DNA of 64,000 nt, taken from IMG/VR virus record IMGVR_UViG_2874444136_000005, positions 11,866 to 75,865 of that record; one strand, given 5' to 3'. Below are positions 46,582-55,402 of this stretch, piece by piece. The notes beneath the pieces are model-generated. The model made no database searches, was not told where the DNA came from, and saw only the letters and a list, made by a program, of their open reading frames with translations. This DNA is from a virus. Its lineage: Duplodnaviria > Caudoviricetes. Position 1 is the first letter of the stretch. Each line of letters begins with the position of its first letter. Both the position numbers and the translations under genes were made by a program.

Positions 46582-47165
46582 CAGACTGCCTCCTGGAGTT
46601 TTTTCAGTTCCCGCAATTTCGCTCTGTAACGCGATCTAATCGCCTCTAGCTCTTCGCGGGTGTATCGGTGTGGGTTGTTGTTGTTTTCAAGCGTCATGAC
46701 TCGATCAGCGCCGATTTTTGTGATGAGACTGATTCGGTATTGAGTGATTGCGCCGGAGTGATGGACGTTGCAGGATGCGCACTGCAGATGGCAGTTATCT
46801 TCGTTAAACCGGAGCTGACCGGCCGCCGCTGTCGTTCTGAAGTGACCCGCGTGATATTCCGTTGCCGTTGTACTGCCGCAGCTAATGCAGCCACTCCCCT
46901 CATCCCTGGCTCGTATGTAGTCATTGAAGGCTCGTTGCGTCATGGCTATCCAATGACTCAACGGCTTCGCGTCAGCCTTGCGCTTGTTCCACTCACGGCG
47001 TGCAGATGCCTCAGATTGCTTTTGCTTGCGCTCTGATTGCTGCTTTGCGTGTTGGATTGCACATGGAGTGCTACAGACGATTTGAAGGGAGTTTCGAGGA
47101 GTGAACTTTGTGGGGCATATTCTGCATTTCTTCGGCTTTGGCGGCTTGATGCCTTTAGCCATCAC
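46581..47165 (-). CDS. ninG: NinG/Rap endonuclease
   Basis: FNDYIRARD..CISCG..HAGHFRT..LRFNEDNCHLQC. Confidence 0.92.
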   Translation of the reverse strand: MMAKGIKPPKPKKCRICPTKFTPRNSLQIVCSTPCAIQHAKQQSERKQKQSEASARREWNKRKADAKPLSHWIAMTQRAFNDYIRARDEGSGCISCGSTTATEYHAGHFRTTAAAGQLRFNEDNCHLQCASCNVHHSGAITQYRISLITKIGADRVMTLENNNNPHRYTREELEAIRSRYRAKLRELKKLQEAV

Positions 47166-47316
47166 CTTCCTCCGCGTTTCCGATTACCTCATCAGCCTGA
47201 CGGTCTATCTCGTCGTTGCACTGCTGGCAGATGTAGATTTCCCCAGCCTCTAGTGTTCTCCCGCAGCCATTAACGCATGCGATGTAGAACTTGAGAATTG
47301 GCGTATCTATTGCCAT
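47155..47316 (-). CDS. NinF-like Cys protein (53 aa)
   Basis: CVNGCGRTL..EIYICQQC; position before ninG. Confidence 0.55.
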   Translation of the reverse strand: MAIDTPILKFYIACVNGCGRTLEAGEIYICQQCNDEIDRQADEVIGNAEEGDG

Positions 47317-47406
47317 GCTTCACCTCGTTTTTTATCTTGAAATATGCACTTTCGAATCCTATCCATACGCACCAATACCTAAACCTTTCATGCATGAGCG
47401 GGTCAC

Positions 47407-47574
47407 TCATCGCACGCACCTCATCAGCAGAAACAGAACAGCATTACCCGGCCATGCGAGGCTTAGTAGCAGCATCTTTGTGGTAGATAGGGTTGGCTCG
47501 TATTTACAGAAGAACTCGAAGCTACGGCCAGCGATGAAGCAGTAAGCGCTGGCCAATATGGCTATGATAAGCAT
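47407..47574 (-). CDS. Small membrane protein (55 aa)
   Basis: Two hydrophobic segments, LAWP motif; GGAGG RBS. Confidence 0.45.
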   Translation of the reverse strand: MLIIAILASAYCFIAGRSFEFFCKYEPTLSTTKMLLLSLAWPGNAVLFLLMRCVR

Positions 47575-47900
47575 TTATCCGCCTCCTTTATCATTAGGAA
47601 AACAATCATTGCCAGCCTTAAAGGTTGATAAGGATGCGTTTTCCAAGATTCGTAATTAACTTCAGATAGGGCTGAGTGCGCTTCCCATGAGATTCCGTCA
47701 AAGCAGATGCTGATGTAGTTAGCCTCGATTATTGGCCACGCATCTGATGGTCTGTTGCATGGGTCAAATGATGAAGATATTTTTTCTCCGTCGACCATAA
47801 CCAGCTGCTGGCCGTTAACTGGGTCTCCTACTTTTTCTCCTAATGCTATCGCTACCAACTCGTTAATTTGCTGGTCACTCATTGCGCTATAATCGATCAT
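47562..47900 (-). CDS. ninX: NinX family protein
   Basis: DYSAMSD..IN..VA, FDPCNRPSDAWPII, PLRLAMIVFL. Confidence 0.85.
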   Translation of the reverse strand: MIDYSAMSDQQINELVAIALGEKVGDPVNGQQLVMVDGEKISSSFDPCNRPSDAWPIIEANYISICFDGISWEAHSALSEVNYESWKTHPYQPLRLAMIVFLMIKEADKCLS

Positions 47901-48027
47901 GCCTATTACTCCTATAACTTGCTTAAGAATTTAATCCATCCCCAGAAAGCAATCCCGCCACCTACGAATCCGAACCCGGCGACCGTGCTGCACATGAAAA
48001 TTACCATTAGTGTCTCAATAAACTTCT

Positions 48028-48198
48028 TCATGGCTTTCTCCGGGCGCGGCGACGCAGCCACATGCTGTCGGCTAAGGTCGCGGTGTAATTGAAGGTTGTG
48101 GTTAACTCTGGATTGGTGCGGGGCTTTCTGGTCTTGCGGTGGTCAGTCTTGAATATCAGGTTATCCATTATGATTTGCGTTGGACTTCGCTGTGTCAT
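48028..48198 (-). CDS. ninE: NinE family protein
   Basis: RSPTQIIMDNLIFK..TFNYTATL...WLRRRAR. Confidence 0.75.
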   Translation of the reverse strand: MTQRSPTQIIMDNLIFKTDHRKTRKPRTNPELTTTFNYTATLADSMWLRRRARRKP

Positions 48199-48632
48199 GC
48201 GGCTCTGTCTCCATATCGATTAGCCCACTCGATAGCGAGCCGGGATTCATCGCTGAACTTGACGCCATGCTCAGCACCAAACGCGTTTATCAGCTCGATT
48301 AGGTCGCGCATCTCGCCGACTGTCATCTTGCTTGTTGATTGCCCCAGAACGACAAAGCCGCCGTCTATGCCAGGAACCGTTTCTTGCTTCTTCAGTGCAG
48401 CGGTGAAAACACACTTCCAGCTCTCAGAGCCCATCTTTCGCCCATACCAAACGACCTGATCGCTGATGTCGCGCAGGGTTGCCCAGAGCTTGGCGTTCTG
48501 GTCTAGGCTTCTGGTTGGCTCTTGGATGGTTACTGCGAGGGGTTTGTCTGGATTTAGTGGTAGGCTGTCGATGAAGTTTTTCAGGTTCTGGCGTATCTGT
48601 TGGTTTCTTAGGTAGAAGGCCTGCTTAGCCAT
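48195..48632 (-). CDS. ninB: NinB/Orf recombination protein
   Basis: RSLDQNAKLWATL.DIS.QV.W, GQSTSKM. Confidence 0.93.
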   Translation of the reverse strand: MAKQAFYLRNQQIRQNLKNFIDSLPLNPDKPLAVTIQEPTRSLDQNAKLWATLRDISDQVVWYGRKMGSESWKCVFTAALKKQETVPGIDGGFVVLGQSTSKMTVGEMRDLIELINAFGAEHGVKFSDESRLAIEWANRYGDRAA

Positions 48633-48816
48633 TTTTACCTCCTGTTCGGATCCTCAGCATCCTATCCTGCTCGATTAATTTTCCAATCATGGCTAAGACA
48701 AATGCTATTTTTTGATCGGCACCGGATGTTTCGTACCGCTGCATGAGTGTAAACTCAGGCCTATCTGCTGACCGCAAGGTCTTTTGAATTTCATTGGATA
48801 AAAAGGATGTATTCAT
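48625..48816 (-). CDS. Hypothetical protein (start uncertain)
   Basis: Stop overlaps ninB start and carries its RBS. Confidence 0.4.
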   Translation of the reverse strand: MNTSFLSNEIQKTLRSADRPEFTLMQRYETSGADQKIAFVLAMIGKLIEQDRMLRIRTGGKNG

Positions 48817-49486
48817 GGGTGTGGTTACCTTGGAATCTTCTTGCCCGCATTGCTTAAGAGAACGAGCTACGCTTGAAGCAGTTTCCGAACATAGACAGAG
48901 CACAGCATCAAGATGTGCCGTCGTATTTATGTGCAAGAGCTGCGAGGATTTTACTACTGTCATCTTGGAGGTCTATGGATCTCATAGCCCTATGGCTAGC
49001 GCTAAGTTTAATGGCAGAAATTTGACAATATATACAGACCATATTCGCGCCATGCAGAATGGGTTTCCTTTTGTGAAAATGTATCCATCTGAGCTTTCGC
49101 ATAACGCGCCAGATCACTCTCCAGATAGATGCGCCAAGTTTTTTATTGAAGCTAAAGAGAACTTGCAACGCGGGAATTACGAAACTTCCATAATGCTTTG
49201 TCGCAAGGTTATTGACATTGCCACTCGAGAGATACTTGGCGAGGATTCGAAGAAAGAGCAGCTATCCCAACGAATATCTATGCTTCATGGCAAAGGTAAA
49301 ATCACGGAGCAGATGAAAGACTGGGCTCACATCGTTCGTATTGACTCCAACGGTGCCGTCCACTCTGACGAGGAATTTACCCAAGAAGAAGCTGAAGAGA
49401 TGATCGGCTTCACTGAAGTGTTCTTGATCTACTCATTCACTCTTCCTGAGATGGTGAGGGCGAAGCAACACAAGCCTGAAGAGTGA
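48815..49486 (+). CDS. Zn-ribbon + DUF4145 (HEPN-like) protein, opposite-strand insert
   Basis: CPHC/CKSC; MLCRKVID..LSQRI..WAHIVRIDSNGAVH. Confidence 0.8.
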   Translation: MGVVTLESSCPHCLRERATLEAVSEHRQSTASRCAVVFMCKSCEDFTTVILEVYGSHSPMASAKFNGRNLTIYTDHIRAMQNGFPFVKMYPSELSHNAPDHSPDRCAKFFIEAKENLQRGNYETSIMLCRKVIDIATREILGEDSKKEQLSQRISMLHGKGKITEQMKDWAHIVRIDSNGAVHSDEEFTQEEAEEMIGFTEVFLIYSFTLPEMVRAKQHKPEE

Positions 49487-49525
49487 TTAATGGGCTGGCG
49501 TGAGCTGGCCTTTTCTTTGCGTGGC

Positions 49526-49858
49526 TTATCCATGGTTATCTCCTTTGCCATAACTGCCGTACCACCAACCGTCATCGCCCAGAGTGAGATAAATTCTTTC
49601 GTTTCCAACTTCATCGAAAACAAGTGATGAGCAAGAGAAAGTGCCAACTTTCTTGGCCACGCAATACCCTTCAGGATGCTCCGAGATTCTTAGTTTTTTA
49701 CTCTCGTAATCGATTTCAATATCTACCGATTTTCCATGCAGCTGCACCGATTTGTTAAAACAGCCTCCAGTAGAACCAGATGCGTTTTTCCTAAATTTCA
49801 CAAACGGGGAATTCGTTTTTCGTGGCTTGTGTTTGTTAAGTAATGATACAAATGTCAT
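49526..49858 (-). CDS. Hypothetical protein
   Basis: GGAG RBS; C-terminal DDGWWYG. Confidence 0.6.
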   Translation of the reverse strand: MTFVSLLNKHKPRKTNSPFVKFRKNASGSTGGCFNKSVQLHGKSVDIEIDYESKKLRISEHPEGYCVAKKVGTFSCSSLVFDEVGNERIYLTLGDDGWWYGSYGKGDNHG

Positions 49859-49882
49859 TAGTTATCTCCTTTGCTTGGCAGG

Positions 49883-51220
49883 TCAGCGCCAGCCAGATGC
49901 TTCTTTGGTTTGTTGTTCGTTCTGCGCATAGCGTATCGCGGCTTCTTCCTGGTCGATGTTGACGAAGTGACCATTCTTCCAGCCCATATAAAACGTCTTT
50001 GGTTGGCCGGAGCGATATTTCCCGATGATGATTTCAGCAATGCCTTTCATGTTGCTGTGCTCATCGTAAACTTCGTCGCGGTACGGGAAGATAATCACGT
50101 CTGCATCCTGCTCAATTGAGCTTGAGTCCTTCAGGTCTGCCATGCTTGGTCGTTTGTCTGCCCGGTTTTCAGGGCCGCGGTTAAGCTGCGCCAGGAGAAT
50201 TACAGGCACCTTGCTGCGTAGACAGAACTGCTTCAGCTTGCGCGTCATTTCCCCGATGGCAATGTCGTTACGCTCTGCTTTTGGTTTTGTGATAAGTCCG
50301 AGATAATCGATGGCGAGGAAGCTTAACCCGCCGTCCATGTTCATCCGCTCTGCATGGGCAATGGCCGCGTCAACGGTGAAAGCACCGTCGATGACATAGT
50401 TGTTTTCGTCCATTAGCGTGCCGGTAGCGCCGGTGAGCTTCGTGTATTGCTCTTGAATCATGTTCAGCGGATTGCGTAGCGTGCTGATAGATAATCCTGC
50501 GCGATCCGCGACATGACGCTCTACCACCTGCATGTCAGACATCTCCATCGACACCAGCAAGCCCTTACCCTTCTGCCGACCAATCGAGTTAGCAATGTTG
50601 ATTGCCAGCTCCGTCTTGCCCATGCCAGGGCGGCCTGCGATGATGATTAAGTCTGTGCGGTCGAATCCGCCATACTCATCATCCAGCGGGTCGATTCCCG
50701 TTTTCAGGTACATCCCGGAATCAGCGCCCTGCATTCGCTTTTCTAGCACGTCCATGTAGTCAGGCAGCAAATCACCGATGCGGCGAGGAAGCTTGTCATT
50801 GGTCTCGAATTGCACCTTTGACAGAACGCTAGCCACTTCTGCAGTTCGCTCGTTGATATCATGAGCGCCGACGCTTTGCAGGATTGAGATTGCTTGCTGC
50901 AGGTCGCTAATGCCTTTGCGGATCATCCAGCATTGACGGACACGTTTTGCCCAGGCCCTGATGTTAGCTGCAGACTTGCATCGCGCAGCCACGCTCAACA
51001 CTAAGTCCTTGCTTGAATCGGAAAGGCTATCTTGAACGGTGAACTGGTCGATTGGTTCGGCCTGATTCAGGAGGGTGACGATTACTTGATACATCTGGCG
51101 TAGGTGGAAATTTTCAAAGGCTTCTGCAGGTAACTTCCCGGCGACTTCCCGGCAGTCGATATGGTCGCCCTTGATCATCATCGAGCCGACCAACTGCTCT
51201 TCAAACTCGTAGCTTTCCAT
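49883..51220 (-). CDS. Replicative helicase, DnaB-like (P22 gp12 type)
   Basis: AGRPGMGKT, IDYLGL, LAQLNR, DLKDSSSIEQDAD. Confidence 0.95.
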   Translation of the reverse strand: MESYEFEEQLVGSMMIKGDHIDCREVAGKLPAEAFENFHLRQMYQVIVTLLNQAEPIDQFTVQDSLSDSSKDLVLSVAARCKSAANIRAWAKRVRQCWMIRKGISDLQQAISILQSVGAHDINERTAEVASVLSKVQFETNDKLPRRIGDLLPDYMDVLEKRMQGADSGMYLKTGIDPLDDEYGGFDRTDLIIIAGRPGMGKTELAINIANSIGRQKGKGLLVSMEMSDMQVVERHVADRAGLSISTLRNPLNMIQEQYTKLTGATGTLMDENNYVIDGAFTVDAAIAHAERMNMDGGLSFLAIDYLGLITKPKAERNDIAIGEMTRKLKQFCLRSKVPVILLAQLNRGPENRADKRPSMADLKDSSSIEQDADVIIFPYRDEVYDEHSNMKGIAEIIIGKYRSGQPKTFYMGWKNGHFVNIDQEEAAIRYAQNEQQTKEASGWR

Positions 51221-52110
51221 CAGTCCTCCCGGGAAAGAATTTCGTCAATCTTCTCTTGGCGAAGTGCGGTCTCAATGCCGTATCGCTTGCCTTCAGGATT
51301 ATCGCCGCAAGCCCATTTCGTTGGCGTGTAGCCATGAGCTAGATAGCCATTCAGGAACGTGTTGATCTCTGTTGGCTGGCTGCCAATCTCCTTGCACTGC
51401 TTCAGGTAGGACTGCCAGAGGCGCTTCAATCCGCTCTCGACTGTGGTCGATATATTGCGAATTTTGGGGAGCCCATGTTTATCGGCTTTGCAGTTCCAGG
51501 TGTCGCGCAGTCTTTCACGATCGAAAGCTGGCATAGCAGAGCGAGGATTTGTTCCCTTGGCTCGCGGATTGGTTCCCTTCTGTCGTGGGGTTAATTTCTC
51601 TTCCGACGACAATCCCACTGCGTGGGTTTGGGTAATGTTTCTTTCTTTCTTTTGAATAGTTTCTTTTGTGTTTAGCTGAGTTGGCGAATGCTCGTTAGCT
51701 GACTTGGCTAAACTTTTATTAGCCGTTTTAGCTAATGTTTCGCTGACTTGGCTAATGTCGCAATTCCAGTCAGAAACTACCTTGTTTATCCCGATTTGCG
51801 TTCCGCTGGTTACGATGATGTTCATCATGATCATCTCGTTTTTTGCGGTGCAAACATGGGTGTGATGGATGCCTGTCAAGCTGGCAATTTGTGTGTTTGT
51901 GATCCGGTCTGTTTTCTTTCCGAATCCATAGGTCTTGCGGATAATCGCAAACGCAATCTTGAGCTGGCGAGCGGTTAAATTCGCTCTCAGGATGGCCTCT
52001 AGCAGCTCGTTAGCTATGCGGGTATACCCATCATCGGTATCGGCCACGCGTTGCTCCATGACCTCTTGATGAGGTTTACGGTAGTCGGATAATTTTCTAA
52101 CGACGCCCAT
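51220..52110 (-). CDS. O: Replication initiator O
   Basis: ADTDDGYTRIANELLEA, IIRKTYGFGKK.DRI. Confidence 0.92.
   Translation of the reverse strand: MGVVRKLSDYRKPHQEVMEQRVADTDDGYTRIANELLEAILRANLTARQLKIAFAIIRKTYGFGKKTDRITNTQIASLTGIHHTHVCTAKNEMIMMNIIVTSGTQIGINKVVSDWNCDISQVSETLAKTANKSLAKSANEHSPTQLNTKETIQKKERNITQTHAVGLSSEEKLTPRQKGTNPRAKGTNPRSAMPAFDRERLRDTWNCKADKHGLPKIRNISTTVESGLKRLWQSYLKQCKEIGSQPTEINTFLNGYLAHGYTPTKWACGDNPEGKRYGIETALRQEKIDEILSRED
51630..51760. repeat. Probable replication origin: iterons plus AT-rich tract inside O
   Basis: About seven TT(A/G)GC repeats at 9/15-nt spacing next to a T-rich segment. Confidence 0.7.
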
Positions 52111-52261
52111 TCTTCTTCACCCCTGCCAATGCAATCCGATATTCACCAATGAACCGAGCAGCAAAGCTCCGATTATTGGCGGCTGCAACAACGATTCCTT
52201 CCGATGAATCAGGATGCCGTCGTTCCTCTTCTGTCTTGTAAATTCGGCGATTTTTTGCCAT
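52097..52261 (-). CDS. Small protein between cII and O (DUF2740/orf48-like)
   Basis: GGAGG RBS; EERRHPDS..AAANNRSFA.RFIG. Confidence 0.6.
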   Translation of the reverse strand: MAKNRRIYKTEEERRHPDSSEGIVVAAANNRSFAARFIGEYRIALAGVKKNGRR

Positions 52262-52295
52262 AATTTCCTCCAGTGGTTATCTCCAAACATCACTA

Positions 52296-52574
52296 TCACG
52301 CCTCGAAAGCTGCAACTTCCGGGGCGTTTTCTTTTGGTGACAGATATCCAGCCAGTCGCTTAGCCAACTCCGCCATTTCTTCGTCTTCCATACCCCACTC
52401 CAGAACGGCCAATAACATCGCCATGCGAGGGATAAGAGACTCTTTCCAGCGTGTGATTTGAGATGGGTTAACACCTACTGCAGCTGCAATACTTGTGACG
52501 CCTTTCAGCGCTATCTTGTTGAGCAATGAGCTTTCAATGCGACGGGCGTCATTGCGTGTTTTTGCAGTGTCCAT
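52296..52574 (-). CDS. cII: CII activator
   Basis: IESSLLNKIA..G...IAAAVGV..SQITRWK..IPRMAMLLAVLEWG. Confidence 0.93.
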   Translation of the reverse strand: MDTAKTRNDARRIESSLLNKIALKGVTSIAAAVGVNPSQITRWKESLIPRMAMLLAVLEWGMEDEEMAELAKRLAGYLSPKENAPEVAAFEA

Positions 52575-52634
52575 ACGTAATACTTCCTTTGTTGATAAAT
52601 GATTAATCACGACTAAGCTCGGCTTAGTCTTCAA

Positions 52635-52677
52635 ATGCTCCACACTGGCGGAGCTGGTCAGGGATGTTAAAGAGCGG
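52635..52677 (-). promoter_or_regulatory. nutR (boxA + boxB-like hairpin)
   Basis: CGCTCTTTAAC boxA then GCTCC..GGAGC hairpin after cro. Confidence 0.7.
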
Positions 52678-52683
52678 TGATGC

Positions 52684-52914
52684 TTATGCAGCTTCTACAG
52701 GTCTTGGGAAAAGCTGCGGTAAATCTGGGCGGATCTCGTAGGCCTTAACTTCACCCTTGGTGGCCGTAACGATCGCCGTTACGTTCTCAGGAGAAACACG
52801 CTTTTTGTTATGTAACCAGCACCATACATTCGGCTGACTTACTCCAACGGAGTCTGCGAGTTTTTTCTGACTACCAAGTAATGAGATGGCCTTGTTGATA
52901 GCTTCATTGACCAT
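52684..52914 (-). CDS. cro: Cro-like regulator
   Basis: GSQKKLADSVGVSQPNVWCW..EIRPDL; divergent from cI. Confidence 0.88.
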   Translation of the reverse strand: MVNEAINKAISLLGSQKKLADSVGVSQPNVWCWLHNKKRVSPENVTAIVTATKGEVKAYEIRPDLPQLFPRPVEAA

Positions 52915-52919
52915 GTTTT

Positions 52920-53015
52920 ATATCCTTGGGTTTACTCACCAAGAATAATAACCATGAGTCTAACAAAATGCAATACCCAAGGATATTTGACGATGGATAA
53001 CCGTGGTTATATGTT
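52920..53015. promoter_or_regulatory. OR operators and PRM
   Basis: 14-bp near-palindromes ATATCCTTGGGTTT, ATAACCATGAGTCT, ATACCCAAGGATAT, ATAACCGTGGTTAT; TTGACG-17-TATGTT 7 nt before ATG 53023 (leaderless as in lambda). Confidence 0.75.
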
Positions 53016-53022
53016 CGAGCGC

Positions 53023-53643
53023 ATGAACATAGATACCCTTTCAGAACGATTAAAACTGGCAATGGAGGAAGGTGGCTTTACGCAAGCTTCGCTTGCAGAG
53101 GCTGCTGGAATCGCTCAGCCTAGTGTTTGGAAAATCGTCACAGGCAAAACTAAAACATCATCCAGAGTTGTTGAGCTGGCTACGGCTTTAGGCGTTCGCC
53201 CTGAGTGGCTAGCTAACGGTATAGGCCCAATGCGGGATGGTAAGTCTTCGGCAAGCGATGGGCAGGATATCGATCCGACAACCAAGCTTCCTGGTGTGTT
53301 TGTTGTTCCCTTCTTTGAAGGAGAGCAAAAGACCAACAATGTCGCGATAGTCCCTGACAGCATTAAATCGAAAAACTGCCGGGCCTACAGGCTTAGCCAT
53401 GACACTGGATTCCCAGAGATGCCTAAGTCTTCGGTAATCGTGATAGATACCGATGAAAAGCCCGGCAACAACGATTTTGTTTACGCAACTACTGGTAATT
53501 CTCAAGCGGTATACCGGTACATGCTGGGAGATAACGACGGATACTTAGTCCCAAGCAACGATAGGCTTCCTGTCATTCCTATCGGAGACAAGGCCAAAAT
53601 CATTGGCGTCGTTGTATACATATCAAGAACCATTAAACGGTAA
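53023..53643 (+). CDS. cI: CI repressor, HTH + degenerate S24 domain
   Basis: TLSERLK..TQASLAEAAGIAQPSV..LGVRPEWL; C-terminal IIGVVV; GDSM and catalytic Lys motifs absent. Confidence 0.88.
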   Translation: MNIDTLSERLKLAMEEGGFTQASLAEAAGIAQPSVWKIVTGKTKTSSRVVELATALGVRPEWLANGIGPMRDGKSSASDGQDIDPTTKLPGVFVVPFFEGEQKTNNVAIVPDSIKSKNCRAYRLSHDTGFPEMPKSSVIVIDTDEKPGNNDFVYATTGNSQAVYRYMLGDNDGYLVPSNDRLPVIPIGDKAKIIGVVVYISRTIKR

Positions 53644-53778
53644 ATCTCGAACTTCCTCCCATGGCTTCGTGTTTCAAACGGAGCCTGCTCATACCTCCCA
53701 GGCCCCAATCTGATGAAAGTCGCAATCATGCGACACCTCACATTAATCATCTGTTATAGATATATTTTTTACATATCA

Positions 53779-53794
53779 CTGTATATATTCACAG
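53779..53794. promoter_or_regulatory. LexA (SOS) box
   Basis: CTGTATATATTCACAG fits CTG-N10-CAG AT-rich consensus. Confidence 0.75.
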
Positions 53795-53927
53795 TAAATA
53801 TACTCTATACCTCGCGAAGAAAAGATCAACCTTCCATACAAAACTTTTAGCTAAACGCTAAATCATTACCAAAGTGATTTTATTTTCTCATGGATATCAT
53901 GATTTTATACCCATTTTGCAATTTATT

Positions 53928-54026
53928 ATACCCAAGGGCATTGACCGTAAATAACCATGGGTATAATATTCATCTCAACAGCAGGACGCTGACCAGCCAA
54001 ACGGAAGATTGGCACCGCTCTTTAAC
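53928..54026 (+). promoter_or_regulatory. OL operators, PL and nutL
   Basis: ATACCCAAGGGCAT and ATAACCATGGGTAT; TTGACC-17-TAATAT; boxA CGCTCTTTAAC at 54016. Confidence 0.75.
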
Positions 54027-54079
54027 AATCATGGGAATTTCTCCTGCCAGTGTAGGAGACCAAAGCGAAGTGGCTTTGG

Positions 54080-54185
54080 GGTGTGGTGAATGCTCAGGCT
54101 GATGAGCGCTGAAGTGCACAGGTGTTGCAGGCAGCGATGATGCTGTAACTGTTTCAAGCCGGGGATCAGCACCGGCCACCACACC
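54080..54185 (+). ncRNA. C4-antisense-like structured RNA in PL leader
   Basis: GTGGTGAATGCTCAGGCTGATGAGC...GCCGGGGATCAGCACCGGCCACCAC, enclosed by AAGTGGCTTTGG/CCAAAGCCACTT stem. Confidence 0.6.
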
Positions 54186-54412
54186 ACCAAAGCCACTTTT
54201 CAAGGCGAGCAGCCGCCAAACTTAGCGCTGCGAATAGCAACAGGAGGACTTATGTAAATGCATAACTTTAAAAACGAGAACTGATTTAAATGATCCGGCG
54301 CGGCCACTGACCTTCGGGTGCCAAGGTGGCCTTTCTAGCCCCTCTTTATGAGGGGCAGAAATGAATTCGAGATGCCAAATATCTCAAATTCTTTTCTAGC
54401 GGAGTAAGTGTC

Positions 54413-54661
54413 ATGACAACAATCATCGTTAAGCCAGCGAAAGAAAACAGCAAGACACGTCGCTATCGCCAGCGTGGTGAAGTGATGGCAAAACGCCGCG
54501 AAGATGCGGATACAGCGAAGAAGTTAAGCAAAGCCTGGGCGAAGCTAACCCGAGTTGAGTTACCGGCACAGAAGCCTGTTTACAGCGGATCATGCTGCTT
54601 GCCAGAGGTGGCGATGTTCGCAGCTGGGCATCGCAAATCAAACAAAATCACAGCGCGTTAA
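54413..54661 (+). CDS. N: Early antiterminator N
   Basis: Arg-rich NSKTRRYRQR; CLPEVAMFAAGHRKS..ITAR C-terminus. Confidence 0.88.
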   Translation: MTTIIVKPAKENSKTRRYRQRGEVMAKRREDADTAKKLSKAWAKLTRVELPAQKPVYSGSCCLPEVAMFAAGHRKSNKITAR

Positions 54662-54678
54662 CAGCAGAGGGTTACACG

Positions 54679-54873
54679 ATGATTTACGAGGTAGTCGAGA
54701 ACGGGCCAGACTCCACAGATTACGTCGTCGCCACTTTTCGAGATACGCCGCGTAAGGATTACGACTCGTTTTACCGTTCAGCGGAAGACCGAGCTAATAC
54801 AGTGGCTGCAAACATGACAGAAAATAATGCTTATCTCGGCTACGGGTACACCGTCCGCCGGGTTGCTGATTAA
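54679..54873 (+). CDS. Hypothetical protein
   Basis: GAGG RBS, 64 aa. Confidence 0.55.
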   Translation: MIYEVVENGPDSTDYVVATFRDTPRKDYDSFYRSAEDRANTVAANMTENNAYLGYGYTVRRVAD

Positions 54874-54906
54874 CACCCACCGCGCCCTACAGGGCGCACT
54901 GAACAC

Positions 54907-54927
54907 AGCCGCCTAGCGGCTTTTTTT
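54907..54927 (+). terminator. tL-type terminator
   Basis: AGCCGC-CTA-GCGGCT followed by T run. Confidence 0.75.
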
Positions 54928-54949
54928 ACGCCTAAAAGTCGAGGTAAGC

Positions 54950-55042
54950 ATGAACTTCAGAGGAAAGGTTTGGTTTTGGATGTTGGTTTCATGCGCCCTA
55001 TTCTGGTGTGGCGTGGTTATTGGATTGATGAGGGTTATGTGA
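54950..55042 (+). CDS. Small membrane peptide (30 aa)
   Basis: GAGGT RBS; WFWMLVSCALFWCGVVIGL. Confidence 0.55.
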   Translation: MNFRGKVWFWMLVSCALFWCGVVIGLMRVM

Positions 55043-55233
55043 TGCGAATAACCATGACGATTGAATCGCGAGATGAACTTGAAGCGGCGATGGCGGCATT
55101 GCGCCACTTCATCAAAGAAAAGCGAGTTGGCGACGGAACGTCTGATTCGTGGGGCATCGGAATCGCAGACTCCAGATACTTCTGTGTTGAATTAAAGAAG
55201 AACGGAAATTACAGCGTCAAGCAATCAAGCTGA
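55042..55233 (+). CDS. Hypothetical protein
   Basis: TGATG-coupled ORF. Confidence 0.55.
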   Translation: MRITMTIESRDELEAAMAALRHFIKEKRVGDGTSDSWGIGIADSRYFCVELKKNGNYSVKQSS

Positions 55234-55308
55234 CCATCACAAAGCTCATTTCACAGTGGGCTTGATGATGTATCAGTAAGAAGACATAACCCCTCTTATC
55301 ATCACTTA

Positions 55309-55334
55309 GGCCGCCATTGTGCGGCCATTTTTTT
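55309..55334 (+). terminator. Terminator
   Basis: GGCCGC-CATTGT-GCGGCC followed by T run. Confidence 0.7.
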
Positions 55335-55402
55335 ACCCATCGCTAAGCCAATTTACGAGTTGGTTCAGCAATGAATACCTATCAATCAACAGGAGCATCA
55401 CC

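Noticed and set aside
51544-51590. 21-nt tandem duplication in O (KGTNPR x2)
   Set aside because: Small in-frame linker duplication beside the origin; ordinary for O proteins
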